64,000 nt of DNA from an uncultured Actinomycetes bacterium. Its GTDB lineage: Bacteria > Actinomycetota > Acidimicrobiia > IMCC26256 > DASPTH01. Below are positions 41,431-53,321 of the stretch, in pieces. Made by a program: the position numbers and the translations under genes. The stretch's first letter is position 1; every line of letters starts with the position of its first letter. The stretch covers positions 431,447 through 495,446 of the forward strand of contig CAWFGR010000005.1 in the NCBI GenBank assembly GCA_963815405.1. The letters are read 5' to 3'. The notes under the pieces were generated by a model that worked only from the letters and a program-made list of their open reading frames with translations, searched no databases and was not told the DNA's origin.

Positions 41431-42855
41431 GCCGGCGCCGCGGCAGCCTCCTCGATCGCCGCCAACCCCGTGCTCATCGGCGCGGCCACGACGCTCGTGG
41501 TCATCGTCGCCGTCTTCCTCGCCTACAACGCGAACAACGGCCTGCCGTTCGTGCCGACCTACCAGCTCAACGCCGAGGTGCCCAACGCGGCCAACCTGGT
41601 CAAGGGCAACGACGTGCGCATCGGCGGCGCGCGCGTCGGCGTCGTCTCCGAGATCACGCCGGTCCAGCGGGCCAACGGCACGGTCACCGCGCTGCTGAAG
41701 ATGAAGCTCCAGACCTCGGAGAAGCCGCTGCCCGAGGACTCGACGATGCTCATCCGCTCGCGGTCGGCGCTGGGCCTCAAGTACATGCAGATCACGCGCG
41801 GGACGTCCGCGGAGGGCTTCCAGGACGGCGCGACGATCCCGCTGGCAACGCCACCCCGAGCCGGTCGAGATCGACCAGGTCTTCAACATCTTCGACAAGC
41901 CGACGCGCGACGCGAGCCAGACGAACCTCCACGAGTTCGGCAACGCGCTCGCCGGCCGCGGCCAGAACCTCAACGAGGCGATCGCAGCCTTCAACCCGCT
42001 GCTGCTCAACCTCGTCCCGGTGATGCCGAACCTCTCCGACCCGCAGACGCGGCTGAACGCTTCTTCCCGGCGCTCGGGCAACGCGGCGCGGTCGTCGCGC
42101 CGGCGGCCGAGCAGCAGGCCGAGCTGTTCCGCAACCTCGACACCACGTTCACGGCGCTCTCGGCGTGGCGCGGCCGTTCATCCAGGAGGCGATCACCGGC
42201 GGGCCCGCGGCGCTCGACGCGGCGATCAGGTCGTTCCCGATCCAGCGCGCGTTCCTCGCCAACACCGCGGCGCTCTTCCGCGAGCTGCGCCCGGGCGTGC
42301 GCCGCGCTGCGCACCGCGGCGCCGATCCTGGCCGACGCGCTCGAGGCGGGCGCGCCGACGCTGCCCAGGCCGTGCCGCTGAACCAGCGCCTAAGGACGTC
42401 TTCCTCTCCCTGGAGCGCCTGGCGACCGACCCGCGCGTGCCGCTGGGCCTCAAGGACCTGACGCGCACCGTCACGATCCTCGACCCGCCGCTCAGACGCT
42501 GACCCCGGCCCAGACGGTCTGCAACTACATCTCGCTGTTGTTCCGCAACGTGGCGAGCCTGCTCACCGAGGGCGACAGAACGGCACCTGGCAGCGCTTCA
42601 TCATCATCGCGCCGCCGCAGGGCCCCAACAACGAGGGCGGCCCGTCCTCGGCGCCCGGCCAACGGGCCCCAACGCCCGACAACCACCTGCACACCAACCC
42701 CTATCCGAACGTCGGCGCGCCCGGGCGGCCGGACGAGTGCGAGGCCGGCAACGAGACGTACATCCGGGCCGCCAGGTCATCGGCAACCCGCCCGGCAACC
42801 AGGGCACGAAGACCGAGGCCAGACCACCAAGAACGGGAAGCCGAGCGGCAGCTGA
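41427..42855 (+). pseudogene. mceC: Mce family protein MceC, many frameshifts
   Basis: 'PVLIGAATTLVVIVAVFLAYNANNGLPFVPTYQLNAEVPNAANLVKGNDVRIGGARVGVVSEI..STMLIRSRSALGLKYMQITRG'. The GTG overlaps the previous TGA, and the terminal TGA overlaps the next ATG. Confidence 0.75.
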
Positions 42856-44605
42856 TGCGCTTCCAGCCGCGGCAGCCACAGGACGCCCAGGGCCGGCGCA
42901 TCCGCGCAAGGACCGCCGCGGCATGGACCCGTTCCGCGGCGGGCCTGCTCGTCCTCGTCGATCATCGGCGTCATCACCTACTTCGGGTTCACGAAGCACA
43001 TCCCGTTCACGCAACGGCTTCCGCCTCAAGGCGGTCTTCGACCGGCCAACAACCTGCGCAAGCCCAACTCGCCGGTGCGCATCGCGGGCGTCAACGTCGG
43101 CAAGGTCAAGAAGGTCGAGCGCGCTACAAGGACTCCGACACGCCGCTCGTGACAGATGGAGATCGACAGACAGCGGCCTGCCGATCCACAAGGACGCCGA
43201 CGCTGAAGATCCGGCCGCGCATCTTCCTCGAGGGCAACTTCTTCGTCGACCTCCAGCCGGGCACGCCGTCGCGCGCCGACGCTCGACGACAACGACCGCC
43301 CGATCCCGATGACCCAGACGGCCGACGCCCGTGCAGCTCGACCAGGTGCTCACCGCGCTGCAGTCCGAACCCGCGCCGGGACCTGCAGGTGACGCTGCTC
43401 GAGGGACTACGGCAAGGCGCTCGAGCGCAGGCCGACACGCCGGCGCAGACGACGCTCGACCAGGACCCCGACGTCCAGGGCAGACGCGCGGCCGAGGCGC
43501 TGCAACGACTCAGCTCACGTACGCGGCCGACGCGCTTCAGGAACGCGTCGATCGTCAACCAGGCGCCGCTCGGGCACCGAGCCCGACGACCTGTCCAAGC
43601 TGATCGCGGGCCTGCAGCGGACGTCCGACGGGCCTGGGCCGCAACGAGGCCCAGCTCAAGGGCCTGATCACCAACTTCAACACGACGATGGCGGCGTTCG
43701 CGTCGCGAGTCAGGACAACCTCGCAGCGACGATCCGCGCTGCTGCGCGCCGACGCTGCGCAACGCCAACACCGCCTTCGACGCGCCTCAACGCGCGCGTT
43801 CCCGCCGACGCGCGCCTTCGCGCTCGAGATCCTGCCGGGCGTGAACGCAGACCCCGGCGACGATCCAGGCCTCCTTCCCGTGGATCGCGCAGGTCCAGCA
43901 AGCTCGTCGGGCCCGAGGAGCTGGGCGGCTCTCGTCAACGAGCTCGCAGCCGACGACCGCGCGACCTCGCGGAGCTCACCGACCAGACCGTCAAGCTGCT
44001 GCCCAAGACGAACCTCACCGCCAAGTGCGTGACCCACGTGATCCTGCCCACGGGCGACGTCGTGATCAACGAGGGCCCCTCACCACGGGCACGCCGAACT
44101 ACAAGGAGTTCTGGAACACGATGGTCGCGCTCGCCGGCGAGGGCCAGAACTTCGACGGCAACGGCATGTACGTCCGCTTCCAGCCCGGCGGCGGCGACCA
44201 GACCGTCTCGACCGGCAACCGTCGCTGCGGCGGCCGACGCCGCTGTTCGGCAACGCGCGTCGACGCGCCGCTCGGGCACGCGCCCGGCTACACCGGGCAA
44301 GCGCCCGCCCTACAGGCCCGACGTCGCCTGCTACAAGAACGACTGCCGCACCAACCTCAACGGCCCCGGCGGGTCGTCCCACCGGGCCGGCGCGGGCACG
44401 CTGCATCGCGCAACGCCAGACGACGCCGGCAGAGCTACAAGACGACGCCTCGGCTCGCGGGCGCCGGCCAGGAGCTCGAGAGCCATCGATCCTCCGACGA
44501 GCGACCAGCGAGGACCCGGCGGCGACCGGCTCGCACGACGACGACGCGGCGAGCCCGACGACGCCGACCACGGGCGCGGGCGCGCGACGGGCAGAGGCGA
44601 AGTGA
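42855..44605 (+). pseudogene. mceD: Mce family protein MceD, many frameshifts
   Basis: Fragments are 'FRLKAVFD', 'NSPVRIAGVNVGKVKKVE', 'LKIRPRIFLEGNFFVDLQPGTPS' and 'NYKEFWNTMVALAGEGQNFDGNGMYVRFQPGGGDQTV'. Confidence 0.7.
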
Positions 44606-45976
44606 GACGCGCGATCCGCAAGCACCTGCCGCGACTTCGCCGCCGTCATCGTGCTGATCGTGATCGCCGTGGGCGTCGGCGGGCTACATCCTCTCCCACC
44701 AGCGCTTCTACCTGCCCGAACTGGGTGCCGATCGTCGGGCAAGGACTTCTTCACCCTGAAGGCCGAGTTCTCGACGGCGCCAGGCGGTCACGCCGGGCCA
44801 GGGGCAGACGGTGAACATCGCCGGGCGTGCAAGGTCGGCGAGATCCAGAAGGTCGAGCTCGTCAACGGCCGCGCGGTCGTGACGATGAAGATCGAAGCGC
44901 AAGTACGCGCACGATCTACAAGCGACGCGACGATGCTCCTGCGCCCCAAGACCGGCCTGAAGGACATGATCATCGAGCTCTGACCCGGGCACCCCGCCGC
45001 GGGCGAGGTGCAAGAGCGGCGGCGACGATCCCGGTCTCGCAACACGCTGCCCGACATCAACCCGGACGAGATCCTCGCCCCGCTCGACGGCGACACGCGC
45101 GACTACCTGCGGCTGCCTGCTGGGCGGCGCGGGCCAGGGCCTGCGCGGCCAGGGCAAGGACCTGTCGGCGACGTTCCGGCGCTTCGAGCCCACGGCGCGC
45201 GACCTGCGCGAAGATCACCGACCTGCTCGCCGAGCGGCGCGCAGAACATCGCGCGCGTCGATCCACAACTTCCAGCTGCTCTCGACGGAGCTGGGCGCGC
45301 GCGACGACCAGCTCGCCGAAGTTCGTCGACAGCTCCAACGCCGTGTTCCAGCGCGTTCGCCAGCCAGGACGCCAACATCCGGGACGACGCTCCGGCAGCT
45401 GCCGCCGCACGCTCACCGCCGACGCAGAGCGCGCTGGCGCAAGACCGACGCGCTCGCCAAGCGCCTCGGCCCGACGCTCGCAGGCGCTGCGCCCGGCGCG
45501 CGCGCGCTCGGCCCGACGCTGATCGCGCGTCGCAGCCGTTCCTCAAGGAGACGACGCCGATCATCCGCGACCAGCTGCGGCCGTTCACGAAGGTCGCGGC
45601 GCCCGACGGTCAAGGACCTGCGGCCGGCGGCCAAGAACCTGGCCGAGCTCACCCCGACCTCACGACGGTCTTCAAGGTCGTCAACTACCTGCGTGCAACG
45701 AGCTGGCCTACAACCCGCCCGGCGACGCGGACGAGGGCTTCCTGTTCTAGCTGGCGTGGGCCAACCACGCCGGCGCGTCGGTCTTCGCGCCGCAGGACGC
45801 GCACGGCCCGATCCGCCGCGGCCTGTTCCTGGCGTCGCTGCAACAGCCTCGCGATCCTGAAGCCAGATCGCCGCGCCAGAACCCCGCCCTGGGCCTGCTG
45901 GTCGACCTGCTCAACGTCGCCAGCGACACCGCCGTGTGCCCCGAAGTCCGCCAGGGCCACGGCCACGGGAGGCTAG
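44602..45976 (+). pseudogene. mceE: Mce family protein MceE, many frameshifts
   Basis: Fragments are 'VRRAIRKHL..FAAVIVLIVIAVGVGG', 'FTLKAEFSTA', 'GQGQTVNIAGVKVGEIQKVELVNGRAVVTMKIE' and 'ATMLLRPKTGLKDMIIEL'. Confidence 0.7.
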
Positions 45977-47542
45977 ATGCAGAAGCAGGCGCCCAGCCTC
46001 GGCCGGATCCTCGTGATGGTCGGCCTTCGCCCTGTCGTGCTTCGGCCTGCTGCTGTTCCTGTGGCTGGCCTTCGGCGGCTCGATCCCGCTCAAGCCGCAA
46101 GGGCTACCGCTTCAAGGCGCCTTCAAGGAGGCGACGTCGCTGGCCATCGAGGCCGACGTGCGCGATCTCCGGCGTGCCGGTGGGCAAGGTCAAGACGATC
46201 GAGCTCGACAACGCGACGGGCCGCACCGAGGCCACGATCCAGCTCGAGCCGCAGTACGCGCCGCTCCCGAGCCGACACGCCGGGCGATCCTGCGCCAGAA
46301 GACGCTGCTGGGGGAGACCTACGTCGAGCTCACGCCCGGGAACGCGAACGGCCCGAAGCTCCCGGAGGGCGGCGACGCTGGCGCATCGGCCAGGTCTCGC
46401 CGACGGTCGAGCTGGACGAGATCTTCCGCGCCTTCGACGAGAAGACCCGCCAGCGCGTTCCAGACCTGGATGCAGCGCCAGGCGCAGGGCGTCGACGGGC
46501 CGCGGCCAGGACCTCTCCGACGCGCTTCGGCAACCTCCCGCCGTTCGCCGAGGACACCAACAAGCTGCTCACAGGTCCTCGACTCGCAGCAGGGCGCCGT
46601 GCAGCGGCTCGTGCGCAACACCGGCGTGGTCTTCAGCGCGCTGTCGCGAGCGCGACGGCCAGCTGCGCGGCCTGATCACCAACTCCAACACGCGTCTTCC
46701 AGACGACGGCGGAGAACAACCAGCAGCTCGCCAGACTTCTCAGGTCCTGCCCGACGTTCGAGACGAGAGTCGCAAGACGACCGTCGAGCGCCTGCTCGAA
46801 GTTCGCCCACAACACCAACCCGCTCGATCACCGAGCTGCGCCCGGCGGCGCGCGAGCTGAGCCCGACGCTGCATCTCCCTCGAGCCGGCTCGCGCCCGAC
46901 CTCAAGGCCTTCTTCCAGCGACCTCAACCCGCTGATCGACGCCGTCGAACAAGGGCCTCCCGGCGACCGCAGAGCTTCCTCGACGAGCTCCGCCCGCTGC
47001 TCGGCCAGCTCGACCCGTTCCTGCGCCAGGTGAACCCGCGCTCACCGGCTCATCGGCCTGTACAAGCAGCGAGCTCGAACGCGTTCTTCGCCAACACGCG
47101 TCGCGACCCAGGCGCGTCGACCCGCCGGGCACCACGGGCAAGACCGTCCACTACCTGCGCACGACGAACCCGGTCAACCCCGAGAACCTGGCGCGTCTAT
47201 CCGAGCCGGCTGGGCACCAACCGGCCCAACCCGTACATCGCGCCCGGGCGCGTTCAAGCGAGCTGGCCAGACCCGGCCTGCAGGTCGTACGAGAACCGGC
47301 AGTGCGGCAGCGGCGACCTCCCGCTGCCTCGTCGGCGCTCGCGGGTCAACCCGCTGCTCATCCCGCCGACGATCACTGCCCTCGGATCGCCACGGTCGAT
47401 CATCAACGCCCACGCGTTCGAACGGCGCCGACCGGCCGGTGGCCGCGCCGCCGTGCGTGCAGCAGGGCCCGCTCACGACGAACGCGGCCAACGGCGATCC
47501 ACGCAGTACCCGCACGTGCCGGTCGCCAAGCCGGCTCCGTAG
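45977..47542 (+). pseudogene. mceF: Mce family protein MceF, many frameshifts
   Basis: Fragments are 'MQKQAPSLGRILVMVG', 'GYRFKA', 'ISGVPVGKVKTIELDNATGRTEATIQLEPQYAPLP', 'AILRQKTLLGETYVELTPGNANGPKLPEGG' and 'VSPTVELDEIFRAFDEKTRQ'. The frame changes about every 50-100 nt. Confidence 0.75.
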
Positions 47543-47598
47543 CGCCAGTCGCTGCGCGGCGCTGAACCGCGCCGGGTCGCCGGATCGGCCCTGATACC

Positions 47599-50346
47599 GT
47601 GGCGCCGATCGTGAGCGCGACGGCCTTCTTCGCGCCGCGTCGTGCGCGGCGCGGCTCGGCGCCCGGTCGTGGTGTCGCGATCGTCGGCGCTGCTCGCGCG
47701 TCGGCGGCGGCGTGCTCGCGCTGCGCCTCGAGCCGAGCGCGGCGACCGACACGCTCGTCGGGCGGGGCTCGCGACGCTCAAGGACACGAGCGCTACCACC
47801 AGCGCTTCGGCGACGACGCGGTGGTCGTCCTCGTGCGCGGGGCCGCTCCCGCAGCTCGTGCTGACCTCCGACCTCGGGCGGCTGCTCGGGCTCGAGGGCT
47901 GCCTCGCGGCAACGTGCCCGCGACGGCGACCGCCGCCGGGCGGGGCCCACGGCGCCGTGCGCGGAGCTGGCGCGCCGACCAAGCCGGTCGCAGGTCGTCT
48001 ACGGCCCCGGCACGTTCATCAACGAGTCGGTCCGCCAGATCCACGGCGAGTTCGACGCGCCAGCACCAGCCGCGGCGACCGAGCGCGCAAGCGCGCCTGC
48101 GCGCGGCGACGCGAAGCTCGCCGCGGCGCAGGGCCGGAGCACGCGCCGAGCAGAAGCGCCTGGCCGACGCCGGCCGAGCCAGCTCGTCGCGACCGAGACT
48201 TCGCGCAAGACGCTGCTGCGCCTGGCGCTCAGCTACGGGATCCGCCCGCCTGCCGCCGATCGACAACCCCGACTTCGTCTCGTCAGCTGGTCTTCGACCC
48301 CGCGCGCGGGGCGACCGTCCCGAAGGCCCGCTTCGCCTACCTGTTCCCCAACCCGAGCTAGGCGCTGATCCAGGTCCGACTGCAAGCCCCGACCTCTCCG
48401 ACGCGCAGCGGCGCCGGGCGATCGACCAGATCCGGGCGGCCGCGCGGATGCCGGGCGTGCGCCTCACGCAGGGCGAGCGCTACACCGTCACCGGCGCGCC
48501 GGTGGTCGTCACCGACCTGGCCAACGAGCATCACCGACTCGATCGCTCCTGCTGCTTCCTGGCGCGCGCTGCTCGTGATGGCCGCCGACGCTGCTGCTGG
48601 TGTTCCGCAGCCGCGCGCCTGCGGCTGCTGCCGCTGGCGGTGGCGCTGGGCGCCGCCGGCGTCACGTTCGGCGGCGATGGCGCTCGCGGGCGCGTCGCTG
48701 ACGATGGCCTCGATCGCGGTGCTGCCGGTGCTGATCGGCCTCGGCCGTCGACTACGCGATCCAGCTCCAGTCCCGCTACGACGAGGAGCTCGCGCCGCAG
48801 GGCGCCGAGCCGCGGCGAGGCGGCGCAGCGCGCCGCCGCGGCTGGGCGCGCCGACGATCGCCACCGCCGCCGCGGCGACCGCCGCGGGTTCCTCGTGCTG
48901 CTGCTCTCGCCGGTGCCGATGGTGCGCGGCTTCGGGCTGCTGCTCGTCATCGGCATCGCGCTCGCCTTCGTGCTGCGCGCTGACGGCCGGGTTCGCGGCG
49001 CTCGTGCTCGCCGACCGCCGCCGCGGCTCGCGCGGCGCCGGACCGTGCTGCGCCGCGCCGGCGCGGTCGCGGGCTCGGCGTGGCGCGGCGCGGGCGACCT
49101 CGCTGCGCGTGGACCGGCTCGGGCGCCTCCCCGCGCGTCCGCTGGGCCGCGCGCGCCGGGCCGGGCGCCGGAGCGCTGGCGCAGCTCGGTGCCGCGCATC
49201 CCGCGCGCGTCCTGCTCGTGGGCATCGCGCTCGCGCTGCGCCGGGTGGGTGGCGCCGACACGCAGACGAAGGTCGTGTCCGACATCACGCAAGCTCGTCC
49301 CGCACGACCTGCCCGCGCTGCGCGACCTCACGCGCTCCAGAGTCCACCGGAGTCTCGGGGGAGATCGACGTGATGGTCGAGGCCGACGACCTCACCGACC
49401 CGAAGGTCGTGCGCTGGATGCGCGGCTACCAGGGCGGCCCTGCTCAAGCGCTTCGGCTACCGCCAGCCGCGCGGCTGCGGCGCGCGCCGAGCTGTGCCCG
49501 GCGCTCTCGCTGCCCGACCTGTTCACCACCGCAGCCGACGGCGCACTCGCAGGCGCGCATCCGCGCAGCTGCTGGACGCGCGTGCCGCCGTACTTCTCCA
49601 GGCGGTGATCACGCCCGACCGCCGCGCCGCGACGCTGGCGTTCGGCATCCGGCTCATGCCGCTGGAGCGGCAGCAGCACGTGATCGACGACATGCGCGGC
49701 GCGGCTGCACCCGCCGCCCGGCGTGCGCGCGCGCTCGTCGGGCTCCCGGTGCTGGCGGCCGAGGCCAACGCGAAGCTCGCCTCGCTCATGGCGGCGGATG
49801 CTCACGCTGGGGGCCGGCCTGCTCGCCGTCTTCCTGGTGCTGCTGCTCGTCTTCCGGCGCCTGGAGCGCGCGCTGGTCCCGCTCGTGCCGATCGCGCTGG
49901 CCACCGGCTGGTCGGCGCTCGTGCTGTTCGCGATGCGGATCCCGCTGAACCCGATGTCGGCGACGCTCGGGGCGCTGGTGATCGCCATCTCGACCGAGTT
50001 CGCCGTGCTGCTCTCGGCAGCGCTACCGCCAGGAGCGCGCGGCCGGCGCGACCCGCCGGACGCGCTCGCGCGCACGTACCGCTCGACCGGGGCCGCGGTG
50101 CTCGCCTCCGGCGCTGACGGCGATCGCCGGCTTCGCCGTCCTCGATCGCTCTCCGACATCCGGATGCTGCGTGACTTCGGCTTCGTCACGGTGGTCGACC
50201 TGGCGGTCTCGCTGCTCGGCGTGCTCGTGGTGCTGCCCGCGGCGCTCATCCTCGCCGAGCGCGGCCAGCTGCTCACGGCGCCGCGGCGGGCGCTCTCGCG
50301 CGTGCGCCGGGCGCTTCCCCGCGTGCGCCGCACGCGGACAGCGTGA
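47599..50346 (+). pseudogene. MMPL/RND-superfamily membrane transporter, many frameshifts
   Basis: Recognisable stretches are 'GFLVLLLSPVPMVRGFGLLLVIGIALAFV' and the C-terminal 'LVPLVPIALATGWSALVLFAMRIPLNPMSATLGALVIAISTEFAVLL..IRMLRDFGFVTVVDLAVSLLGVLVVLPAALILAE'. Confidence 0.7.
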
Positions 50347-51082
50347 GCGAGCGCCCACTCGACTTCGGCGGCGGCGACGACGAGCCGGCGCCGCCGCGCG
50401 CGCCCGCCGCGCCGCCCGGCCCACCGCCGGCTCGCCGCGCGGGCGGGCGCATGGGCTGGCTGGTGGGCGCTGATCGTCTTCGCCGCGCTCGCCTACATGA
50501 CGATCAACACGCTGCGAACCGACTCGCCGGGCTCGCGCGGCCTGCCCGACAATCTGCCGCTTCCGCCGGCCGCCATGCCGTTGGCCTCGAGCGACCTCCC
50601 GGGGGACGCGAACACCGCGCGCAAGCCGGACAGCGGTGGTGCCGGCCGGCGGCCGGCGTGCGCGGTGCGCGGACCCGGGATCCTCAACATCTGCCAGCTC
50701 GCCGAGCGGGGGCCGGTGGTGCTCGCGTTCACGGTCGCGCGACACGGGCGGCCGCTGCGTGCGCCAGCTCGACGCGATCGAGCGGGTCCGCGGCCGGTTC
50801 CCGGGCGTGCAGTTCGCCGCGGTGGGCGATCAAGGGCGACCGCGGCGACGCTGCGGACACTGATCGACCGGCATCGGCTGGGGCTTCCCGGTCGGCTACG
50901 ACCACGACGGCGCCGTCGCCAACGTCTACGCCGTCGCCGTATGCCCGACGATGACCTTCGCCTACCCTGGCGGCATCGTGATGCACACCGCCCTGGGCCT
51001 CGAGTCCGATGTCGAGCTCGCACGCGGCGTGCGCCGGCTGGTGGCCGGCTCGAAGCGGCGTGGGTGGACACCCCCGAGCTGA
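50343..51082 (+). pseudogene. membrane-anchored thioredoxin-fold (TlpA/redoxin-like) protein, frameshifted
   Basis: GTG at 50343 overlaps the MMPL stop. Fragments are 'LIVFAALAYMTINTLRTDSPGSRGL', 'GILNICQLAERGPVVLAF', 'GFPVGYDHDGAVANVYAVAVCPTMTFAYPGGIV' and the tail '..LVAGSKRRGWTPPS*'. No clear CxxC was seen, possibly because it was lost in a shifted stretch. Confidence 0.55.
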
Positions 51083-51741
51083 CCGACGACGACCTGCGCC
51101 CTGTGGCGGGGATCGTTGCGCCCGAGGATGTCCGACGAGTTCCCGGAGCTGCGCCTGCTTCTCGGTCACGCTCGCGGCGACCGGCCGCGCGCAGCCCCCG
51201 CGAGGTCCGTCAGCGCCTGAACGGACCTCTCCGACCGCTTCCGCGGCGCCCAGGCGGTGGCGATGCGCCAGCAGCCGATCCCCTGGGCCTACCGCGTCTT
51301 CTACCGCCACATCGGCCTGGACCCCGAGGTCGACCGCCCGCCGATGGAGGCGCTGGCCCTCGATCGGCTGCTGCAAGGGCCGCTTCCGGTCGCAGAGCCT
51401 GCTCGACGACGCGCTGACCGATCGCCCTGATGGAGACCGGCGTCCCGCTCTGGGCGCTGGACGCCGACGCGGTCCGGGCTCGCTGGGCGATCCGCCTCGC
51501 GCAGCCCGGTGAGCGCCTGGGCCGGGCCTCGACCGCGCCGCCCGCTGCCCGCGGGCGGCCTCGTGGTCGCCGACGACGCGGGGCCGCTGGCGGTCGCTGT
51601 TCGGGGCGCTGGCACCCGGCCACGGGGTCACACCGAAGACCGACGCGGATGACGCTCTTCGCCCTCCAGGTCGCCGGCGTGCCGGCGATCCACGTCGAGG
51701 AGGCGTTCTGGGAATGCACCTCGGTGCTGAGGACGGGCTGA
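51066..51741 (+). pseudogene. B3/B4 tRNA-binding-domain-like protein, frameshifted
   Basis: Fragments are 'LSDRFRGAQAVAMRQQPIPWAYRVFYRHIGLDPEVDRPPMEALALDRLL', 'ETGVPLWALDADAV' and 'MTLFALQVAGVPAIHVEEAFWECTSVLRTG*'. The 5' end is approximate. Confidence 0.5.
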
Positions 51742-51792
51742 CGGGCGCTGAGGCCACTCGTTAGACTGGCGTTCCGGAAGGAGGTCGGTCGC

Positions 51793-52315
51793 GTGGTCGT
51801 ACTGACTCGACGAGCTGCGACAGGCATCCGGCGTCTTCGGCCCTTCGCGTCGAGGTCGACGAGCGCGCCGCTCGCCGCACGCTGCGACGAGCAGATCGCC
51901 CGGCTGGAGAGCGAGCTGGGCGCCAGCGTTCGCCGCTGCCTTCCCGCGCTCACGGCCTGGACTGGTCGGTCCCCTCCCGCGGCGGTCCGCGCCTGCTCGG
52001 GCTCGGGTGAGCTCGAGCGCTGCGCGACGACCTCGCCGAACGCCTGCACCGCGTGCGGTCCGATCTCGCCGGCCGCGCCGAGCAGCGAGGCGCAGGCCCG
52101 CGCTGCTGATCGAGCGCATGCTCGCCGATCCCGCGTCGCCACAAGTGGGTGCGCGTCACCACGCCGACCTCGGGGCGCCCGGCTGCCGCAACTGGCACGT
52201 GCGCCCGCGGCTCGGCCTCATCGGCATGCTGGCGGGCTGGTGGCACGTGAAGGTCTCCTCCGGGTGTCCGTTAGCCCGGGGGCCGGCGCCTGGTCGCCGG
52301 CCCCGCGCCACCTGA
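51793..52315 (+). pseudogene. hypothetical protein, frameshifted; conserved-looking C-terminal Trp/His/Cys motif
   Basis: Sense fragments are 'DEQIARLESELGA', 'LLIERMLADPAS', and 'GAPGCRNWHVRPRLGLIGMLAGWWHVKVSSGCPLA' (in ORF 52007..52315). Confidence 0.35.
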
Positions 52316-52500
52316 CCTGAGACCCGCCTGGGACGCCGCAGCCGCAAGCGCAGTGTCGCGACGCGAGGGCCGCCGCCGCGCCGCGGCGCCGGCGCGCGCC
52401 GCCCGCCCCCGCCGCGCAGGCGCCGCGCCCGCGGCGGCGCTCGCGCCTGGACGAGTCGCCGCCCGCGCCGTGGGGCTCGTTCCCGCTGGTCGAGCTGTGC

Positions 52501-52815
52501 GTGTTCCTCGCGCTCGTGCTGGGCGTCATCGGCATCATCACGTGGGGCCGCAGCGGCCAGGTCATGCTGGCGTGCGCGACCGCCCTGGGCTCGCTCGCCG
52601 GCCTGGAGCTCGCCATCCGCGAGCACTTCGCCGGCTTTCGCTCGCACACGCTCGTGCTGGCGGGCGCCTGCGCGGTGGCCACCATCGCGCTGCTCGTGCT
52701 CGCCGGGTTGCCGCAGCCGGTGTCCCTGGCCGCCGGCATCGCCGTCCTGGTCAGCGCCTTCGTAGCGCTGCGCAACGCCTTCCGCCGCCGCTCGGGCGGC
52801 CTGAGCTTCCGCTGA
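52501..52815 (+). CDS. small 3-TM membrane protein (true start probably further upstream in another frame)
   Basis: ORF 52501..52815 is hydrophobic. The same frame reads '..RLDESPPAPWGSFPLVELC' upstream without a start codon, while GTG 52353 opens a different frame, which suggests an N-terminal frameshift. Confidence 0.5.
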   Translation: MFLALVLGVIGIITWGRSGQVMLACATALGSLAGLELAIREHFAGFRSHTLVLAGACAVATIALLVLAGLPQPVSLAAGIAVLVSAFVALRNAFRRRSGGLSFR

Positions 52816-53276
52816 TGGCCGAGGAGACGCCCGCCGCGCCGCGCCGCATGCGCCTGACCGGCCTGCACCACCTCACGCTGATCAGCGCGGACCTCGAGCG
52901 CACGACGGCCTTCTATCGCGACGTGCTCGGCCTCGCGCTCGCCGAGGAGAGCACCAACGCCGATGACCCCGGCACGCGCCACTTCTGGTTCGGCGACGGG
53001 GCGGGCACGCCGGGCACGCTCGTGTCCTTCCTCGAGTACCCCTCCCTGCCCGAGGGACGGGTGGGCACCGGCTCGACGCACCACTTCGCGCTGGCCGTCG
53101 AGACGGCCGAGGAGCTGGACGCGTGGCGCGACTACCTGGCCGCGCGCGGCATCGACTGCACGGAGGTCTTCGACCGCGGCGGCTTCCGCTCGGTGTACCT
53201 GCGCGACCCCGACGGGCACATCGTGGAGATCGCCACGCGTGGTCCCGGGCTTGGCGCGGGGGGCTCGCCTCCCTAG
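52815..53276 (+). CDS. VOC/glyoxalase-family (ring-cleaving dioxygenase-like) protein
   Basis: The ATG overlaps the upstream TGA. The intact reading is 'LTGLHHLTLISADLERTTAFYRDVLGLALAEE..THHFALAVETAEELDAWRDYLAARGIDCTEVFDRGGFRSVYLRDPDGHIVEIAT'. Confidence 0.85.
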   Translation: MAEETPAAPRRMRLTGLHHLTLISADLERTTAFYRDVLGLALAEESTNADDPGTRHFWFGDGAGTPGTLVSFLEYPSLPEGRVGTGSTHHFALAVETAEELDAWRDYLAARGIDCTEVFDRGGFRSVYLRDPDGHIVEIATRGPGLGAGGSPP

Positions 53277-53321
53277 GCGAGCCCCCGGCCTAACCCCTGT
53301 GGCCGCGCGGGTTGGTGGGAC

